From Mustelus asterias (lineage: Eukaryota), in the NCBI RefSeq assembly GCF_964213995.1, contig NC_135808.1, positions 7,316,001 to 7,380,000 of the forward strand: DNA of 64,000 bases. The letters run 5' to 3'. The position numbers and the translations under genes were made by a program. Of this stretch, positions 1-13,013 are shown piece by piece (position 1 is the stretch's first letter; the number at the start of each line of letters is the position of its first letter). Below the pieces are notes generated by a model, which was given only the letters and a program-made list of their open reading frames with translations, did not search any database and was not told where the DNA came from.

Positions 1-107
1 TCACCGCTGAATGAGAAGGTGATGGGTTGAAGTCCTACTTGGCCACAAAATTCAAGGCAAATACTCTAAGGCAGGAACGTGTGTCGGGGGTAGGGGGGGG
101 GGGGGGG

Positions 108-440
108 AAGTGGCGTAGTGGTATCGTCACTCGACTCGTAACTCAGGATGATATTTGTGGGCCCGGGCTCAGATCCCACCACGTTAGATGGTGAAACTTG
201 AATTCACTAATCTGGAATTAAAACTCTAATATTGATCGAGAAACCAATATCCATTGTCGCCACAACCCATCTGGCTCACTAATGTCCTTTAGGGAAGGAA
301 ATCTGCCATCCTTACCCGGTCTGGCCTACATGTCACTCCAGACCCAGAGCAATGTTGTTGACTCTCAAATGTCCCCTGAAATTCTGGACAGTTAGGGAAG
401 GACAATGAATGCTGGCCCAGCCAGCGATGTCCACATCAAA
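108..440 (+). mobile_element. Second tRNA-derived SINE family (core AGGGAAGGAAATCTGCC..GGCCTACATGT), nested in a DeuSINE-like remnant (about 1-550)
   Basis: Further copies at about 14200-14600-, 19195-19590-, 24105-24540-, 33895-34215+, 48880-49220+, 49635-49970-, 56835-56970-. Confidence 0.7.
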
Positions 441-1430
441 AAAGGTGCCCTTTTTTTTAAATGTGCGGCTAATTCGCACTTTCAGGTGAATGTGAGGAAT
501 GCTAAAAAGTTATCGGAAGAATAACAAGGGGAACAATTTCTGCTGTCCTGACGCTAGATCTGGATGTTGAAAACACCGCTCTATATGAAATGTTCGTCCA
601 GTTAACTAAGCATAAGAACACGGTTAGCACAGTGGCACAGTGGTTTGCACTGCTGCCTCACAGCGCTAGGAATCCAGGTTCAATTCTGGCCTTGGGTGAC
701 TGAGTGGAGCGTGCGTGCTTCTGAGTAGGTTTCCGTTCGGTGCTCCGGGTTCCTCCCACAGTCCAAAGATGTGCAGGTTAGGTGGATTCGCCATGGTAAA
801 TGTGTGGAGTTACGGTGATAGGCGGGGGAGAGTTCCTTGGTAGGATACCCTGTGAGAGAAGCAGTGTATGCTGAATGGGCCTCCTTCTGCTCTGTAGGCA
901 TTCTATGATAAGATCCAAGAGCAGAAATACACTATTCAGTCATTCGAAACTGCTCCACCATTCAATAAATCGTGTCTAATCTTGATAGGGATCTCAACTC
1001 CACAGAGAACATAGAACAGTACAGCACAGTACAGACCCTTCTGCCCACGATGTTGTGCCGAACCTTTTCCGAAGCCAAGATCAATCTATCCCACTCCCTA
1101 TCATTGCCGACCTTCCCTCATAGCTCTTGACTCCCTTATCTATCTAAAACCCCTCTAACTGTGTCTTGATTGGATTCAACGACCCAGCCTCCACTGTGCT
1201 TTGGCAAGCGAATTTCATATACTTTGGGGGGGGGGCTGCGATGCTCAGTATCTCCGTCTCAAACATCACTTTATCCTTAAACTGCGTCCTTTAGTACTAG
1301 TTTCTCCCAGAAGTGAAAACATCTTCCCGTTTTGTGGCCTATTATGGTGCCTCAGGATCGTATATGTTTCAAGAAGATCAACTCTCATTCTCCACTACGT
1401 GTAGGCTCAAACTGTCCATCCTTATAGATA

Positions 1431-1760
1431 CGGCACGGTAGCACAGTGGTTAGTACTGCTGCTTCACAGTTCCAGGGACCTGGGTTCGATTCCCGGCTTG
1501 GCTCACTGTCTGTGTGGAGTTTGCACATTCTCCTCGTGTCTGCATGGGTTTCCTCCGGGTGCTCCGGTTTCCTCCCACAGTCCAAAAATGTGCGGGTTAG
1601 GTTGATTGGCCATGCTAAAATTGCCCCTTCCTGTACTGAGATGCGTAGGTTAGAGGGATTAGCGGGTAAATGTGTGGGGGTAGGGCCTGGGTGGGATTGT
1701 GGTCGGTGCAGACACGGTGGGCCAAATGGCCTCTTTCTGTGCTGTAGGGATTCTATGATT
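1431..1760 (+). mobile_element. HE1-type tRNA-derived SINE with CR1 tail (representative)
   Basis: A-box (TAGCACAGTGG), B-box (GGTTCGATTCC), conserved core TGTGTGGAGTTTGCACATTCTCC and GATTCTATG tail. Further copies at about 618-910+, 8605-8910+, 14941-15268-, 18153-18500+, 25375-25673-, 36820-37170+, 37407-37548+, 37771-38108-, 45805-46160+, 49977-50309-, 53321-53650+, 56500-56833-, 62215-62547+. Confidence 0.9.
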
Positions 1761-2231
1761 ATACTACTGAGCATTCAGGTCGAGAATCTGATAATACAAT
1801 ATCATGAAAAACATATGGGTATAAAGTTAAGTTTGCGTGCTCTTTTCATCATCCTAACTGTGATGGAAATCCTAGGAATGGCAGCTTCTTGTCTAAATAT
1901 GTACATATTATGATTAGGAAACGAACCATTGGGCCGATCCAGCTCGTGTTTGATTGTGCCCCTCCTGGCGTGTTTCCATTTCCTCCCTGGGTTTGTGCAG
2001 CTTTTGCTCTAATCTAAAGCGGACGAGTACGGGAACGTCGCAAAATGTCTCCTCCATAAATGCAAAACTAAATTTGTAAACAAATGAACGACCAAATTGG
2101 AGATAAAGCGTTGAGCAAAGGCATGCATTGTCACGTGTAAAGAACGTTTAATTATGGCAGCAAAACTGAATGCAAATAAAAATTGTTGCAACTCTTGTCT
2201 TCTTTATTGCATTCACAGGCAAAATTGAAAC

Positions 2232-2265
2232 ATGTATCCAGTTATGGGTGTACTGCTAATTTCTG
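2232..2265 (+). CDS. Gene A exon 1: signal peptide (MYPVMGVLLIS, phase 1)
   Basis: ATG at 2232, hydrophobic codons, donor G|GTAAGT at 2266. Phase 1 joins the V exon in frame (...LLIS-A-VAVADVKVTQSP). An acceptor (ttcacAG, 2217-2218) lies just upstream, so a 5'UTR exon may exist. Confidence 0.75.
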
Positions 2266-3799
2266 GTAAGTCTTGAACTTAGTTGCATTTCTTGTTACAT
2301 TTGTTAATGGGAAGTGGGCTTCACCAAAAAGGCCAACATTTATTGCATACCAATTGTCCTTGAGACGTTGTTGGCGAACCGTTAAGTTGAACTGCTACAG
2401 TTCTTTGTAGTTTAGTAACACCCACTGTGTTGTTAGGAAGGTGTTCCAGGCTTTCAAAGCAGCACAATGGGTATATACGTCCAAGCCAGGGTGGGGATAT
2501 AAAGGTACTGGAATTACCAGGCGCCTGATGCCCTTTTCTTTTAAGGATGAATTAGCCAAGGGAAATGTGGGGGGTTACGGAGATGGGGCAGGAGGGAGGG
2601 CTAGGGTAAGATGCTCTGCAGGAGAGTCGGTGTAGACTCGATGGGCCGAATGGCCTCCTCTGCATTGTAGGGATTCTACGATTCTACGATAAGAGTAAGG
2701 GGAACATCATTTTCTCTCAGTGGGCCTCTAATCTGTGAAATTCTACCCTCCAGAGTATGTGTCATTGATTATGTTCTAGGCTCACGTTGACACATTGTTG
2801 ATCACTAAGTGAGTCAAGTGCTACGATGGACAGACAATAACGTGCTGTTCAGTCCACACTTAGATTAGCCATGATATTATTGAATGATGGAGAAGGTTCA
2901 AGAGACCGAGTGGCGTACTCCTGCTCACGATTCCTGTGTTCTTGTAGTATGATCAGTTCTGGAACACAATTCAACAGAACTGCGGTCTGAATGTGATCAG
3001 GTCCCACATCTTGTGCCATATTCAGGGCTTTCGGCAATTTCTTGTTATGTGAAGTGAATCGAGTAATTTGAAGCAAAATCTCCGATTTCGTGAACGTCAG
3101 GAACAAGCCGGGATGGATCATCCACTCTGAACAGCTCATTAAACTTTATTTATTTGTTAGTCACAAGTAAGGCTTACATTAACACTGCAATGAAGTTACT
3201 GTGAAATTCAGCTAGTCGCCACAGTCCGGCACCTGCTCAGGTCAATGCATCTAACCAGCACGCCTTTCAGACTATGGGATAAAACCGGAGTACACGGTGC
3301 AAACCCACGCAGACGCGGGGAGAATGTGCAGACTCCACACAGACAGTGACCCACGCCGGGAATCCAACCCGGGTCCCTAGCGCTGTGAAGCAGCAGTGCT
3401 AACCCTGTGCTACCGTGCCGCCTGATTAAAGATGGTTACAAATGCTTCCACCATTTCCTTTGTACTCACTCGCTCGCCGGATTCCCTGTTATTGAGGATG
3501 GGGGACGTTTAGAGAACCTCCTTCCCCTGTTAATTATTTAATCACTCACAGCCATTCACGAGTGGTTGGGGCAACTCTGCAGAGGTTGGATGTGATCCGT
3601 TAGTTTTGGATAGATCAGTATTCATAACATGCTGCTTCTATCGTTTAGCTTGCCTGTGTTGTTTCGACACCAGGTTGGCACCTGACATTTAGAGTTGTCT
3701 GGTGCTGTTCGTAACATGTTCACCACCACTTCTCATGAAATGAGTAGAGAAGTGCCGGGAGGTCTCTGCGAACAGGACTTTTAACATTGACCTGTAACA

Positions 3800-4018
3800 C
3801 AAATAAAAACAGAAAACTCTGGATAAACTGAGCAGGTCTGGTCGCATCTGTGGTTATGGACACATTAAGCGTTTCTAGTCCATTGTAGGGGGCGTCGTTG
3901 GACTCGCAACGATGCCTCCTGTTTCCCTCCCCGGAGATGCTGCCAGATCTGCCGAGTTTATTCAGCATTTGTGCTTTTATGTCAGATTTCCAGAAATCGC
4001 AGTATTGTACTTGTATTA
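3800..4018. mobile_element. Older copy of the hairpin family seen at 55843
   Basis: Degenerate arms (GGATAAACTGAGCAGGTCTGG / CCAGATCTGCCGAGTTTATTC) and the same 3' tail. Confidence 0.55.
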
Positions 4019-4352
4019 GCCTTTAACAGTCTCAGACTGGCTCAATGGGCATCAAGGAGATGACAACATCTAGAATGCGCATGCTCAGACGCGAACTTGG
4101 ATGTGATTTTGATCCCACGAAATTGCTCAGGGTTAAAGGCTGCAGAGGAATAATGAATTGTTCCCACCAAAATGGTTCATGATAGAAAATTCAATGGTCA
4201 TCTTCCTGCTGAAAGTCAAGGGATGTGAGTAAGGATTCTTTGTTTGATTTTGCCATTAGCCGCAGATGAATTATTGGCAAGGTGGCAGGACAGTAGTTTG
4301 AGGAGAGGAGTAGGTTTGTCTAACAAGTAAAACTGGAGTCTCTGCATTACAG

Positions 4353-4694
4353 CTGTTGCTGTTGCCGACGTCAAAGTAACTCAAAGCCCAGGTATTATCG
4401 ACGTAATAGAAGGAGGGCAATTTCAAATGTCCTGCACATTTACTGCGTCAAACGTGTCACCAGTCTTTGGATTCAGCTGGTACAAGCAAGCATCAGGTCA
4501 TGAAAAGAGTTGCGTTACGAACACATCTGAAGAATTTGTAGGCCGAGTTTTGAAGAAACACGGACAATTTTTAAACATCAGCCAAATTACAGTCATGGAG
4601 GCAAATCGGAATGATTCCGGGATATATTATTGTGAAGTGGATTCGCCGGAATTTGGCAAAGGAGCCGGAATGGGCACACAGGTAACTGTTAAAG
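4353..4694 (+). CDS. Gene A exon 2: single VJ-type Ig V domain, NKp30/NCR3-like
   Basis: Acceptor cattacAG 4351-4352, donor G|GTACGT 4695. Translation VTQSP..MSCTF..FSWYKQ..VTNTSEEFVGRV..DSGIYYC..GKGAGMGTQVTVK has B-strand Cys, C-strand Trp, DxGxYxC and a J-like GxGT in one exon. Confidence 0.93.
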
Positions 4695-4982
4695 GTACGT
4701 TCCTATGTGCTCCCATCCGCCTTTCTTTACATTTATTCTTTTCAATAACAGATAAAACTAATTATTCCTACAATATCCACTCTGTAATTCTGAGATAATA
4801 GTCATGAGGAATGTGTTCATTTTGAATACATGGAGATTAATGCTCATTTATCCAATTCCATATTAATTATTTGTTTGACTTGTACTCCATTAAAGCATAT
4901 ATTTCAAAGTTATTTCCACATTAACCTGGGGCATAGAGTTAAATGTGCAAATTGTATGTGAGAGTGTCTGATTTTTCTTTCT

Positions 4983-7434
4983 GTCATGGGGGACTTTAAC
5001 TTTCCAAATATTGATTGGAACCTTTGTAGGTCAAATAGTTTGGATGGGGCACTTTTTGTGCAGTGTGTGCAGGAGGGTTTCCTGACACAATATGTGGATA
5101 GTCCGACAAGGGGTGAGGCCACATTGGATTTGGTACTGGGAAATGAACCGGGCCAAGTGTTAGATTTGGTTGTGGGAGAGAACTTTGGAGATGGTGACCA
5201 CAATTCGGTGTCTTTTGTTATTGCAATGGAGAGGGATAGGGCCGGACGGCAGGGCAAGGCTTACAATTGGGGGAGAGGTAATTATGATGCGATTAGGCAA
5301 GAATTAGGGGGCATAAGATGGGAACAGAAACTGTCAGGGAAAGGCACTGATGAAAAGTGGAACTTTTTCAAGGAACAAATACTGGGTGTCCTTGATAGGT
5401 ATGTCCCTGTCAGGCAGGGAGGAAATGGCCGAGTGAGGGAACCGTGGTTCACAAAAGAGGTGGAATGTCTTGTGAAAAGGAAGAGGGAAGCTTATGTAGG
5501 GATGAGGAAACAAGGTTCAGATGGCTCGACTGAGGGTTACAAGTTAGCAAGGAACGAGCTGAAAAAGGGGCTGAGGAGAGCTAGGAGGGGACATGAGAAG
5601 TCCTTGGCGGGTCGGATCAAGGAAAACCCCAAGGCTTTTTACTCTTATGTGAGGAATAAAAGAATGACCAGGGTGAGGTTAGGGCCGGTCAAGGACAGTG
5701 GTGGGAACTTGTGTATGGAATCAGTAGAGATAGGCGAGGTGATGAATGAATACTTTTCTTCAGTGTTCACCAAGGAGAGGGGCCATGTTTTTCAGGAAGA
5801 GAAGGTGTTACAGGCTAATAGGCTGGAGGAAATAGATGTTCGGAGGGAGGATGTATTGGCAGTTTTGAATAAACTGAAGGTCGAAAAGTCCCCTGGGCCT
5901 GATGAAATGTATCCTAGGATTCTTTGGGAGGCGAGGGATGAGATTGCAGAGCCTTTGGCTTTGATCTTTGGGTCCTCGCTGTCCACGGGGATGGTGCCAG
6001 AGGACTGGAGAGTGGCAAATGTTGTTCCTCTGTTTAAGAAAGGGAATAGAAATGACCCTGGTAATTATAGACCGGTTAGTCTGACTTCGGTGGTTGGTAA
6101 ATTGATGGAAAAGGTCCTTAGGGATGGGATTTACGACCATTTAGAAAGATGCGGATTAATCCGGGATAGTCAGCACGGATTTGTGAAGGGCAAATCGTGC
6201 CTCACAAATTTGATAGAATTTTTTGAGGAGGTAACTAGGTGTGTTGATGAAGGTAGGGCGGTTGATGTCATATACATGGATTTTAGTAAGGCGTTTGATA
6301 AGGTCCCCCATGGTCGGCTTATGATGAAAGTAAGGAGGTGTGGGATAGAGGGAAAGTTGGCCGATTGGATAGGTAACTGGCTGTCTGATCGAAGACAGAG
6401 GGTGGTGGTGGATGGAAAATTTTCGGACTGGAGGCAGGTTGCTAGCGGAGTGCCGCAGGGATCGGTGCTTGGTCCTCTGCTCTTTGTGATTTTTATTAAT
6501 GACTTAGAGGAGGGGGCTGAAGGGTGGATCAGTAAATTTGCTGATGACACCAAGATTGGTGGAGTAGTGGATGAGGTGGAGGGGTGTTGTAGGCTGCAAA
6601 GAGACATAGATAGGATGCAAAGCTGGGCTGAAAAATGGCAAATGGAGTTTAACCCTGATAAATGTGAGGTGATTCATTTTGGTAGGACTAATTTAAATGT
6701 GGATTACAGGGTCAAAGGTAGGGTTCTGAAGACTGTGGAGGAACAGAGAGATCATGGGGTCCATATCCACAGATCTCTAAAGGTTGCCACTCAAGTGGAT
6801 AGAGCTGTGAAGAAGGCATATAGTGTGTTAGCTTTTATTAACAGGGGGTTGGAGTTTAAGAGCCGTGGGGTTATGCTGCAACTGTACAGGACCTTGGTGA
6901 GACCGCATTTGGAATATTGCGTGCAGTTCTGGTCACCTCACTATAAGAAGGATGTGGAAGCGCTGGAAAGAGTGCAGAGGAGATTTACCAGGATGCTGCC
7001 TGGTTTGGAGTGTCGGTCTTATGAGGAAAGGTTGAGGGAGCTGGGGCTGTTCTCTCTGGAGCGGAGGAGGCTGAGGGGAGACTTAATAGAGGTTTATAAA
7101 ATGATGAAGGGGATAGATCGAGTGAACGTTCAAAGACTATTTCCTCGGGTGGATGGAGCTATTACAAGGGGGCATAACTATAGGGTTCATGGTGGGAGAT
7201 ATAGGAAGGATATCAGAGGTAGGTTCTTCACGCAGAGAGTGGTTGGGGTGTGGAATGGACTGCCTGCAGTGATAGTGGAGTCAGACACTTTAGGAACATT
7301 TAAGCGGTTATTGGATAGGCACATGGAGCACACCAGGATGATAGGGAGTGGGATAGCTTGATCTTGGTTTCAGATGAAGGTCGGCACAACATCGTGGGCC
7401 GAAGGGCCTGTCCTGTGCTGTACTGTTCTATGTA
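4983..7434 (+). mobile_element. Young CR1-clade LINE (HER1-like), 5'-truncated, uninterrupted ORF2 (C-terminal APE endonuclease plus RT)
   Basis: 791-aa ORF 4986-7361 with GDFNFP, LDLVL, DH, YMDFSKAFD, GVPQGSVLGP and FADD motifs. CR1 3' hairpin (GGGCCGAAGGGCCT) and TTCTATG tail. Confidence 0.95.
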
Positions 7435-8911
7435 ATAATGCGTTTGGCGTGGGCAGAAGGGCGGGAACTGAAAGTCCGGTTTTTACCCTGAAATGGACTA
7501 AAGGCCAATACAGGGGCGGCCTCCTAGATTGAACATTGCGCCCATCTTCCTCCTACCCGCTCCCTCTCTGAAATCCACCCTCCCCCCCGCCCCCACCCCC
7601 CTACCGCACAGTGACCCCTGCCCCGAACACTACCAAACCCTTTTGAACCAAGACCCTGGAATTACTTTCTCCGAAGGCACTGGGGTTTGTGTGCGTATCT
7701 GCAGTCCAGGTAGCTGCGATTCACGCCTTCCTGGCTTTGTCGAGACTGATAGAGCTCAGGGCCAATGTAATTGGATGTATTGGGTACAATGATGAACGGG
7801 TGGCCCACTCAGCCCTGGGTAAAGAGCCCAGCAGTGCATTATGGCTGTTGGGATGGTCGGCGTGGAGCCAGTCGTCTTTCCATCCAGGTGGTGTGCGGGG
7901 TGGGAGCAACATGTCATCGCTTCTTCTACTATTCAAGCGAGTTGTTTCTTATCACTGAAATTGGATGACCAGACATTTTCGGCAACGGACCATTGGGAAG
8001 GTTGATGCCATCGTTTTCTCTCCCCGCCACAATCTCATCTTCATATCCACTGTCTCAATTGGGGGTAATTCTCTCAAACTGAGTCAGACATTTCCCAACT
8101 TGGGTGCCGTGTTGGACCTCATATTTGGTTTCTGACCATCCTTTCGTACCATCACGAAGATTGCACATATCTATCTGCCTTATATCCCACGCCCTAACTC
8201 TACCTTAGCCTCCGTGCTGCGGAAATCCTCGTCCATGCATCGTTACCTATAGATTTCGTTTCCTAACTTAACTTGCTCACAACCCCATTCACCATTCATT
8301 CCTATCCTTGCTAAATTTGATTGACGGCCCTTCATGAGCATTTTGAAATCTTCATTCCTGTATTCAAATTCCTCCATGGTTTACTGCCTCCCTATCGATG
8401 TTGACCATTGCGGCCCTGCAGCATCTGAGATAGAGCGCCATATTACCATAAGGTATAGGAGCAGAATTAGGCCATTCGACCCATCGAGTCTGCACCGCCA
8501 TTTGATCATGGCTGATAGGTTTCTGGACCCCATTCCCTAAGTCCATGAGATGAAGGTACAGAAAATGTGTAGAAATGTTAAAAAGACAAGTCTAAAGACA
8601 CGAGACGGTGGCACAGTGGTTAGCGCTGCTGCCTCACAGCGCCAGGGACCCGGGTTCGATTCCCAGCTTGGGTCATTGTCTGTGTGGAGTTTGCACATTC
8701 GGCCCGTGTCTGCACGGGTTTCCTCCGGGTGCTCCGGTTTCCAGCCATAGTCCTCCCTTGCAGGTTAGATGGATTGGCCACGGTAAATTTCCCTTTCGCG
8801 TCAGGGAGACTAGCTAGAGTAGATTTATGTGGAGAGGGCCTGTGTGGGATTATGGTCAGTGCAGACTCGCTGGGCCGAATGACCTCCTTCTCCAGGATTC
8901 TATGATTCTAG

Positions 8912-11770
8912 ATGGTTCCGCAGACCACACTGTTGAAGGGCAATGTGAGAAGGGCAATGAGATGGAAGCCTACACCACATGGACGAATGTTAATAATCTA
9001 CACTTTGATTGGGCAAAGCAAATCAGCTACAATACTGTGGCATATGAATTCCTGGAGTGTGTACGAGTTTTGTTGACCAGTATGTTCAACTAGGAAGCAC
9101 CAAGGAAACATGTCATCATAGATTTGTAATTATACAGTGACAATCGGTTAATTAATCATTTTCTTGTGAGTGGTCATTTAGCGAACAGTATCGGTACCAT
9201 GACAGAATTCTTCATTAAGGTGGAAAGATGTGCGAGTTAGGTTGATTGGCCAAGCTAAATTGACTCTCAGTTTCAGGGGGACTAGCAGGCTAAATGAGTG
9301 AAGCTGTGCAGATAGGGGCTATGTGCAATTGTGGCTGGTGCAAATTCGATGGGCCGAATGGCTTCCTTCTGCACTGTAGGGATTCTATGGTTTCTATCGT
9401 TCCTATGAGTTGGCTCGGTAGATTGTGGAACTTCATTAAAAGACATGATCGTGGCTAGGCAATGGCTAATACTTAAGGAAATAAGGTATGCATTGCAGCC
9501 GTTATATATCTCTTTCTGGTGCAAAAACAAAACAAGAAAAGTGGCCAAAATATGCCACTGCCAAGGATAATATTAGATCCAAACAGGAGTCCTATTACTT
9601 TGCTAGAAAAAGTAGCAAGCTGGAGGATTAGGAAAAATTCAATATTCCGCAAAGACGTCTAAGAGTTTGACTAAGGGGGAATGGAGTATGAAAGTAAACC
9701 TGCAGACAACATAAAAGTGGACACTCAAAGCTTCTGCAAGCATATAAAAAGAAAGAGAATAATGAAGACAAATGTAGGTCCCTTACAGTCAGAAAGAGTA
9801 GAACTTATAACAGAGAAGAAGGAAACAGTAGAGCAATCAAACAAGTACATTTTTCTTGTCTCCTTGGGGGAAGACACAAATAAACTTCCAGAAATGCTAA
9901 GGAATCTAGATTGTAGTGAGAAGGAAGACATTGAGGGAATTAGCAATACTAGAACATTTAGTGTCAGAGCAATTAATGGGAAGAAAACCAAAAAATCCCT
10001 AGGACCTGATAATCTACATGCTAGGGTAACAAAGGTGCTGGCTATGGGAATGATGCATGTGTTGGTTGTCATCACCAAAATTCTGCAGATTCTGGACAAT
10101 CCTGGCAGATTGAAGGGTCCCACATGTAACCTTGTTATTTACAAAATGAGCGAGGGAGAAAATACACAAGTTAGTTTCAGGTACGAAACTGGGAAGATGC
10201 TGGAGTCTATTATGAAGGACGCAATAACAGAACGGCTGGAGAATATAAAAGGGATTAGACAATGTCAATATTTTCCTCTGATGGAGAAATCCAGCACGAG
10301 GGGGCATGGCTTTAAATTGAGGGGGGGTAGTTATAGAACCGATGTCAGGGGTAGGTTCTTTACCCAGAGGGTGGTGAGGGATTGGAATGCCCTGCCAGCA
10401 TCAGTAGTAAATGCGCCTAGTTTGGGGGCGTTTAAGAGATCCGTAGATAGGTTCATGGACGAAAAGAAATTGGTTTAGGTTGGAGGGTCACAGTTTTTTT
10501 TTTTAACTGGTCGGTGCAACATCGTGGGCCGAAGGGCCTGTTCTGCGCTGTAATGTTCTATGTTCTATGTTCTATGTTCTATATGGATTTATGAAAAGGA
10601 AATTTCAGAAAGCTTCTGGTAAAGTCCCACAAAGGGGATTAGTGTACAAAATTGAAACATATGGGATTGGGGGAAACGGGATTGTTGAGAATTCGTTCGC
10701 AGAAAGGAAACAGAAAATAGGAATAAATGGGTCTTTTTCGATGTAGCGGGCAGTAACTAGTGAAGACTCACCGAGATCAATTCATAGGCCCTAACTATTC
10801 TCTAGGTACACCAATGATTTGGATGAAGGAACCAATGGTATGAATGCGGAAACTTAAAGTAATCTTTCCATAATTTGTTGATAAAGAGAGGTGTAGTGGG
10901 AAGTTGAGTAGTGACGAGGATGTTAGGAGGCTTAGTGGTAACTTAATCAAGTTGTGTGAATTGGAAAATACATGGCAAATGCAGTATTACGTGCGTAAAT
11001 ATGAAGTTGTTCACTTCGAAAGAAGAAACAGAATGGCAGAATATTATTCAAATGGTGACTGATTGGCAAACGTTGATGACAGAGACCTGGGCGACCTAGT
11101 TCACCACCCATTGAAAGCTAGCTTGCAGGTACAGCAACGGGTTATGAAGGCAAATGGCATGTTGGCCTTCATTGCAAAAGGTTTTGAGTACAGGAGCAAG
11201 GATGTCGTATTGCTGCTTTACAAGACCTCAATGAGTCCACACTTGCAGTATTGTGTGCAGTTTATGAGTACTTATTTAAGAAATGATACAATTGCCTTAG
11301 AGGGAGTGCAGTGAAAGGTCATCAGACTGATTCTTCAGATGACAGGATTGGCGCATGAGGAAAGATTTGGTCAATTGCGCCCGTATTCACTGAAATTGAA
11401 AAGAATGAGAGGGGCTCTCATTGAAATGTACAACATTTTGACAGGGCTGGACAGATTGGCTGCAGGTTTGATAATTCTTATGGCTGCAGGGATCTCAGTC
11501 TCAGGATTTGAGATAGGTCATTTAGGACTGAGGTGAATAGAAGTGTCTTCGCTCAGAGGGTGATGAACCTGTGGAGCTCTTTACAACAGAAGGTCAGTGG
11601 AGACCGAGAAACGTTAGAAAGGAAATAGATTTCAAGACTCTAAGGATGTCAGGGGTATGGGGAGAGCACTGGAGTAAGGCGTTGAGATAGAAAGTCAGCC
11701 ATTATCTTACTTCATAGCAGGGCAGGCTCACCGAACTGAATGGCCTACTCCTGGTCCTATTTTCTATGTT
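8912..11770 (+). mobile_element. Old CR1 LINE with nested partial SINE (about 9225-9400) and younger CR1 3' end (about 10269-10582)
   Basis: Degenerate CR1 ORF2 fragments (ORFs 9681, 11063, 11339) and a (TTCTATG)n tail of the inner insert. Confidence 0.8.
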
Positions 11771-12127
11771 TCCTGCATTGGCACGAATCAAAATGAGAGA
11801 AATGTTTTTTGTTAGCATTGTTCTTGTTCAGACTGGTCAAAGTTTATGTGAATTCCCTGTTCCATTTCAAACCGATTACGACAAATAGTACAACCTTGAC
11901 TTGGTGTTGAAACGCAAACATGCATGCACAGGTACCTCTTCATCCATAGTTATATCGGACAGTCATTGCATGTGCATGAATTTGTATTCTATATCACAGC
12001 TTCTTCGCCAAGGGGCATACTCAGTTATCCAAAGTTAATTGGATTCGGGCTAGCTTCGTGTTGGTACAACATTGTAGATCCTACATCTCACACACACTCA
12101 CAGGTAGATTTATTCATATAATCTTGG

Positions 12128-12533
12128 GCTTGTTAGGGTTGTTCTCCCTGGAAAGACGGAGGATGAGGGGAGACATAATAGAGGTGTATAAAATTATGAA
12201 AGGCATAGATAAGGTGAACGGTGGGAAGCTTTCCCCCAGGTCGGTGGTGACGTTCACGAGGGGTCATAGGTTCAAGGTGAAGGGGGGGAGGCTTAACACA
12301 GATATCAGAAGGACATATTTTACACAGAGGGTGGTGGGGGCCTGGAATGCGCTGCCAGGCATGGTGGTGGAGGCGGACACACTGGGAACGTTTAAGACTT
12401 ATCTAGACAGCCATATGAACGGAGTGGGAATGGAGGGATACAAAATAATGGTCTAGTTTGGACCAGGGAGCGGCACGGGCTTGGAGGGCCGAAGGGCCTG
12501 ATCCTGTGCTGTTTTGTTCTTTGTTCTTTGTTC
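12128..12533 (+). mobile_element. CR1 3' fragment
   Basis: LGLFSLERRRMRGD...FTQRVV and (TTCTTTG)n tail. Confidence 0.88.
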
Positions 12534-12884
12534 TTATATAACTCGGCAGAACGCAAAGGGGCACCTGATCTTTCTCTACACCCTAGCTATGACTGTAATA
12601 CTACATTCTGCACTCTCTCCTTTCCTTCTCCCCTATGCACCCTATGAACGTATGTTTTGTCCATAGCGTGCAAGAATCAACAGTTTTCACTGTGCCCCAA
12701 AACATGTGACAATGATAAATCAAATCAAATCAAACAAATACATTGTCATTGAAAAGGGAACTAAACAGTTAAAACATATGATTTACTTTTTAAAAACTGA
12801 CTTTACAGTGAGCCAAACATGTTGCTCAGTACATTGAAAAGCTAACTAGGATGTTATTGTTAGTAATCCTTTCATATTCCCCAG

Positions 12885-13013
12885 GTCAGGCCGAGAGCAA
12901 GGAAGAAGCTTCAAAGCAAAAGTTGATCGCTTTGTCTTCAGCGTTGGTGGTCACTACATTGGTGCTTCTCCTAATCGCCATCCTTATCTTCTTGAGCCGC
13001 AACAAGTGTCAAG
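12885..13013 (+). CDS. Gene A exon 3: stalk plus uncharged transmembrane helix
   Basis: Acceptor ttccccAG 12883-12884, donor G|GTAATT 13014, phase 1-1. GQAESKEEASKQK-LIALSSALVVTTLVLLLIAILIFL-SRNKCQ. Confidence 0.88.

Noticed and set aside
4353-4760. Rearranging Ig/TCR V segment interpretation of the V exons
   Set aside because: The J-like strand is in the same exon followed by a splice donor, no heptamer/nonamer RSS was seen, and no C1 domain exon was found before the TM.
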